DNA of 5,156 nucleotides from Candidatus Iainarchaeum sp. Its GTDB lineage: Archaea > Iainarchaeota > Iainarchaeia > Iainarchaeales > CSSED10-239. Under the pieces are notes generated by a model. The model was not told the origin of the DNA. It ran no database searches and worked only from the letters and a program-made list of their open reading frames with translations. Every line of letters begins with the position of its first letter. The first letter of the stretch is position 1. Shown here piece after piece: positions 4,692-5,156 of this stretch. Location: positions 1 through 5,156 of the forward strand of contig PWLL01000071.1 of NCBI GenBank assembly GCA_003559395.1. Reading direction: 5' to 3'. The position numbers and the translations under genes were made by a program.

Positions 4692-5156
4692 ATGCTTGAA
4701 AAATATACAAAAAAACAAAAAGGACAAGCCTTTGAGTCTTTTAGGTTTTTGATTGCTTTTGTTATTGCTGTTTCAGTTTTGACAATCATATATACGATGG
4801 TAAATACAATAAATCAAAGATCTATAATCATAAGTACAGAAAGACTAAAAGAAGGAGCACACTCAGCATCTAAAAGTATAGCCACAAGTGCGGAGACGCC
4901 TTTTCATTTAGAAGATTTGATGTTGTCTGGAAGATTAACTAGTCAACAGATGAGTAATTATACAGGCATGTCTAAAGAATGTATATATATGGATGGTGGA
5001 GTAGGGTTAGAAAAGATAATAGAAGGAGAAGAATATTTGATATCAAAAAACCACTTAAAAATGGATGTTTATTTTTATTGTGATTTTACTAGTGATCCTG
5101 TGATTAAAGAATGTAATGAAACAGATGTGATTATTGGTGGGATAGATTCCACATGC
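4692..5156 (+). CDS. Archaeal type IV pilin-like protein with a class III signal peptide. Partial: 155 codons, with the C-terminus off the right edge.
   Basis: This ORF is absent from the track because it has no stop in the window. My hand translation from ATG 4692 stays open to 5156. It reads MLEKYTKKQKGQAFESFRFLIAFVIAVSVLTIIYTMVNTINQRS...KECIYMDGGVGLEKIIEGEEYLISKNHLKMDVYFYCDFTSDPVIKECNETDVIIGGIDSTC. It has a short basic n-region, a KG|Q putative prepilin-peptidase site and then a ~22-residue hydrophobic helix. The gene starts 12 nt after the platform gene stop, and the in-frame TAA at 4677-4679 excludes any upstream start. Confidence 0.65.
   Translation, partial: MLEKYTKKQKGQAFESFRFLIAFVIAVSVLTIIYTMVNTINQRSIIISTERLKEGAHSASKSIATSAETPFHLEDLMLSGRLTSQQMSNYTGMSKECIYMDGGVGLEKIIEGEEYLISKNHLKMDVYFYCDFTSDPVIKECNETDVIIGGIDSTC

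Noticed and set aside
2499-5156. Interpretation as a bacterial T2SS/T4P (PilC plus pilin) or as an archaellum (FlaJ plus archaellin) locus
   Set aside because: The downstream protein lacks the bacterial G|F-x-x-x-E(+5) prepilin motif. It also lacks the conserved archaellin N-terminal hydrophobic block (G-x-x-G-I-G-T-L-I-V-F-I-A type). The KG|Q site, TATA-like promoters and neighbouring archaeal-type genes favour an archaeal non-archaellum pilus.
1-5156. CRISPR arrays, IS elements, integrases, toxin-antitoxin or other defence-type cassettes
   Set aside because: I saw no regularly spaced repeats, no transposase- or integrase-like ORF and no terminal inverted repeats. The only notable repeat (2123-2141 and 2351-2372) has no associated mobility gene.

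Overview
The window is very AT-rich (roughly 30% GC by eye) and gene-dense, and it looks archaeal, possibly from a small-genome DPANN-like lineage. The support is TATA-like intergenic elements, oligo-T tracts after genes, a class III (archaeal type IV pilin) signal peptide, a Pyrococcus-type monocluster ferredoxin and an archaeal-style endonuclease IV. I support six coding regions, two of which are absent from the ORF track because they run off the window edges. (1) 1-845 (-): the N-terminal part of a long-form CofE/F420-0:gamma-glutamyl-ligase-like protein. (2) 1029-1298 (+): an 89-aa zinc-ribbon protein with a Lys/Glu-rich tail ending in DDWELL. (3) 1293-2180 (-): an endonuclease IV (Nfo)-like TIM-barrel metalloenzyme. 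(4) 2159-2347 (-): a 62-aa single-cluster 4Fe-4S ferredoxin immediately upstream of (3) and tightly coupled to it. (5) 2499-4679 (+): a 726-aa polytopic membrane protein with two T2SS-F (FlaJ/TadC/PilC)-like cytoplasmic domains. (6) 4692-5156 (+): a partial pilin-like protein with a KG|Q class III signal peptide, 12 nt downstream of (5). The most interesting content is the (5)+(6) pair. It looks like a non-archaellum type IV pilus-like assembly module with an oversized, elaborated platform protein and a divergent Cys-containing pilin, and no assembly ATPase lies upstream in the window. Secondary oddities are the ferredoxin-endonuclease IV coupling, a ~20-nt direct repeat bracketing the ferredoxin gene, and convergent genes whose stop codons abut. 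I saw no tRNA, rRNA, CRISPR array or transposase. All homology calls rest on motif recognition by eye and need HMM or structure searches to confirm.
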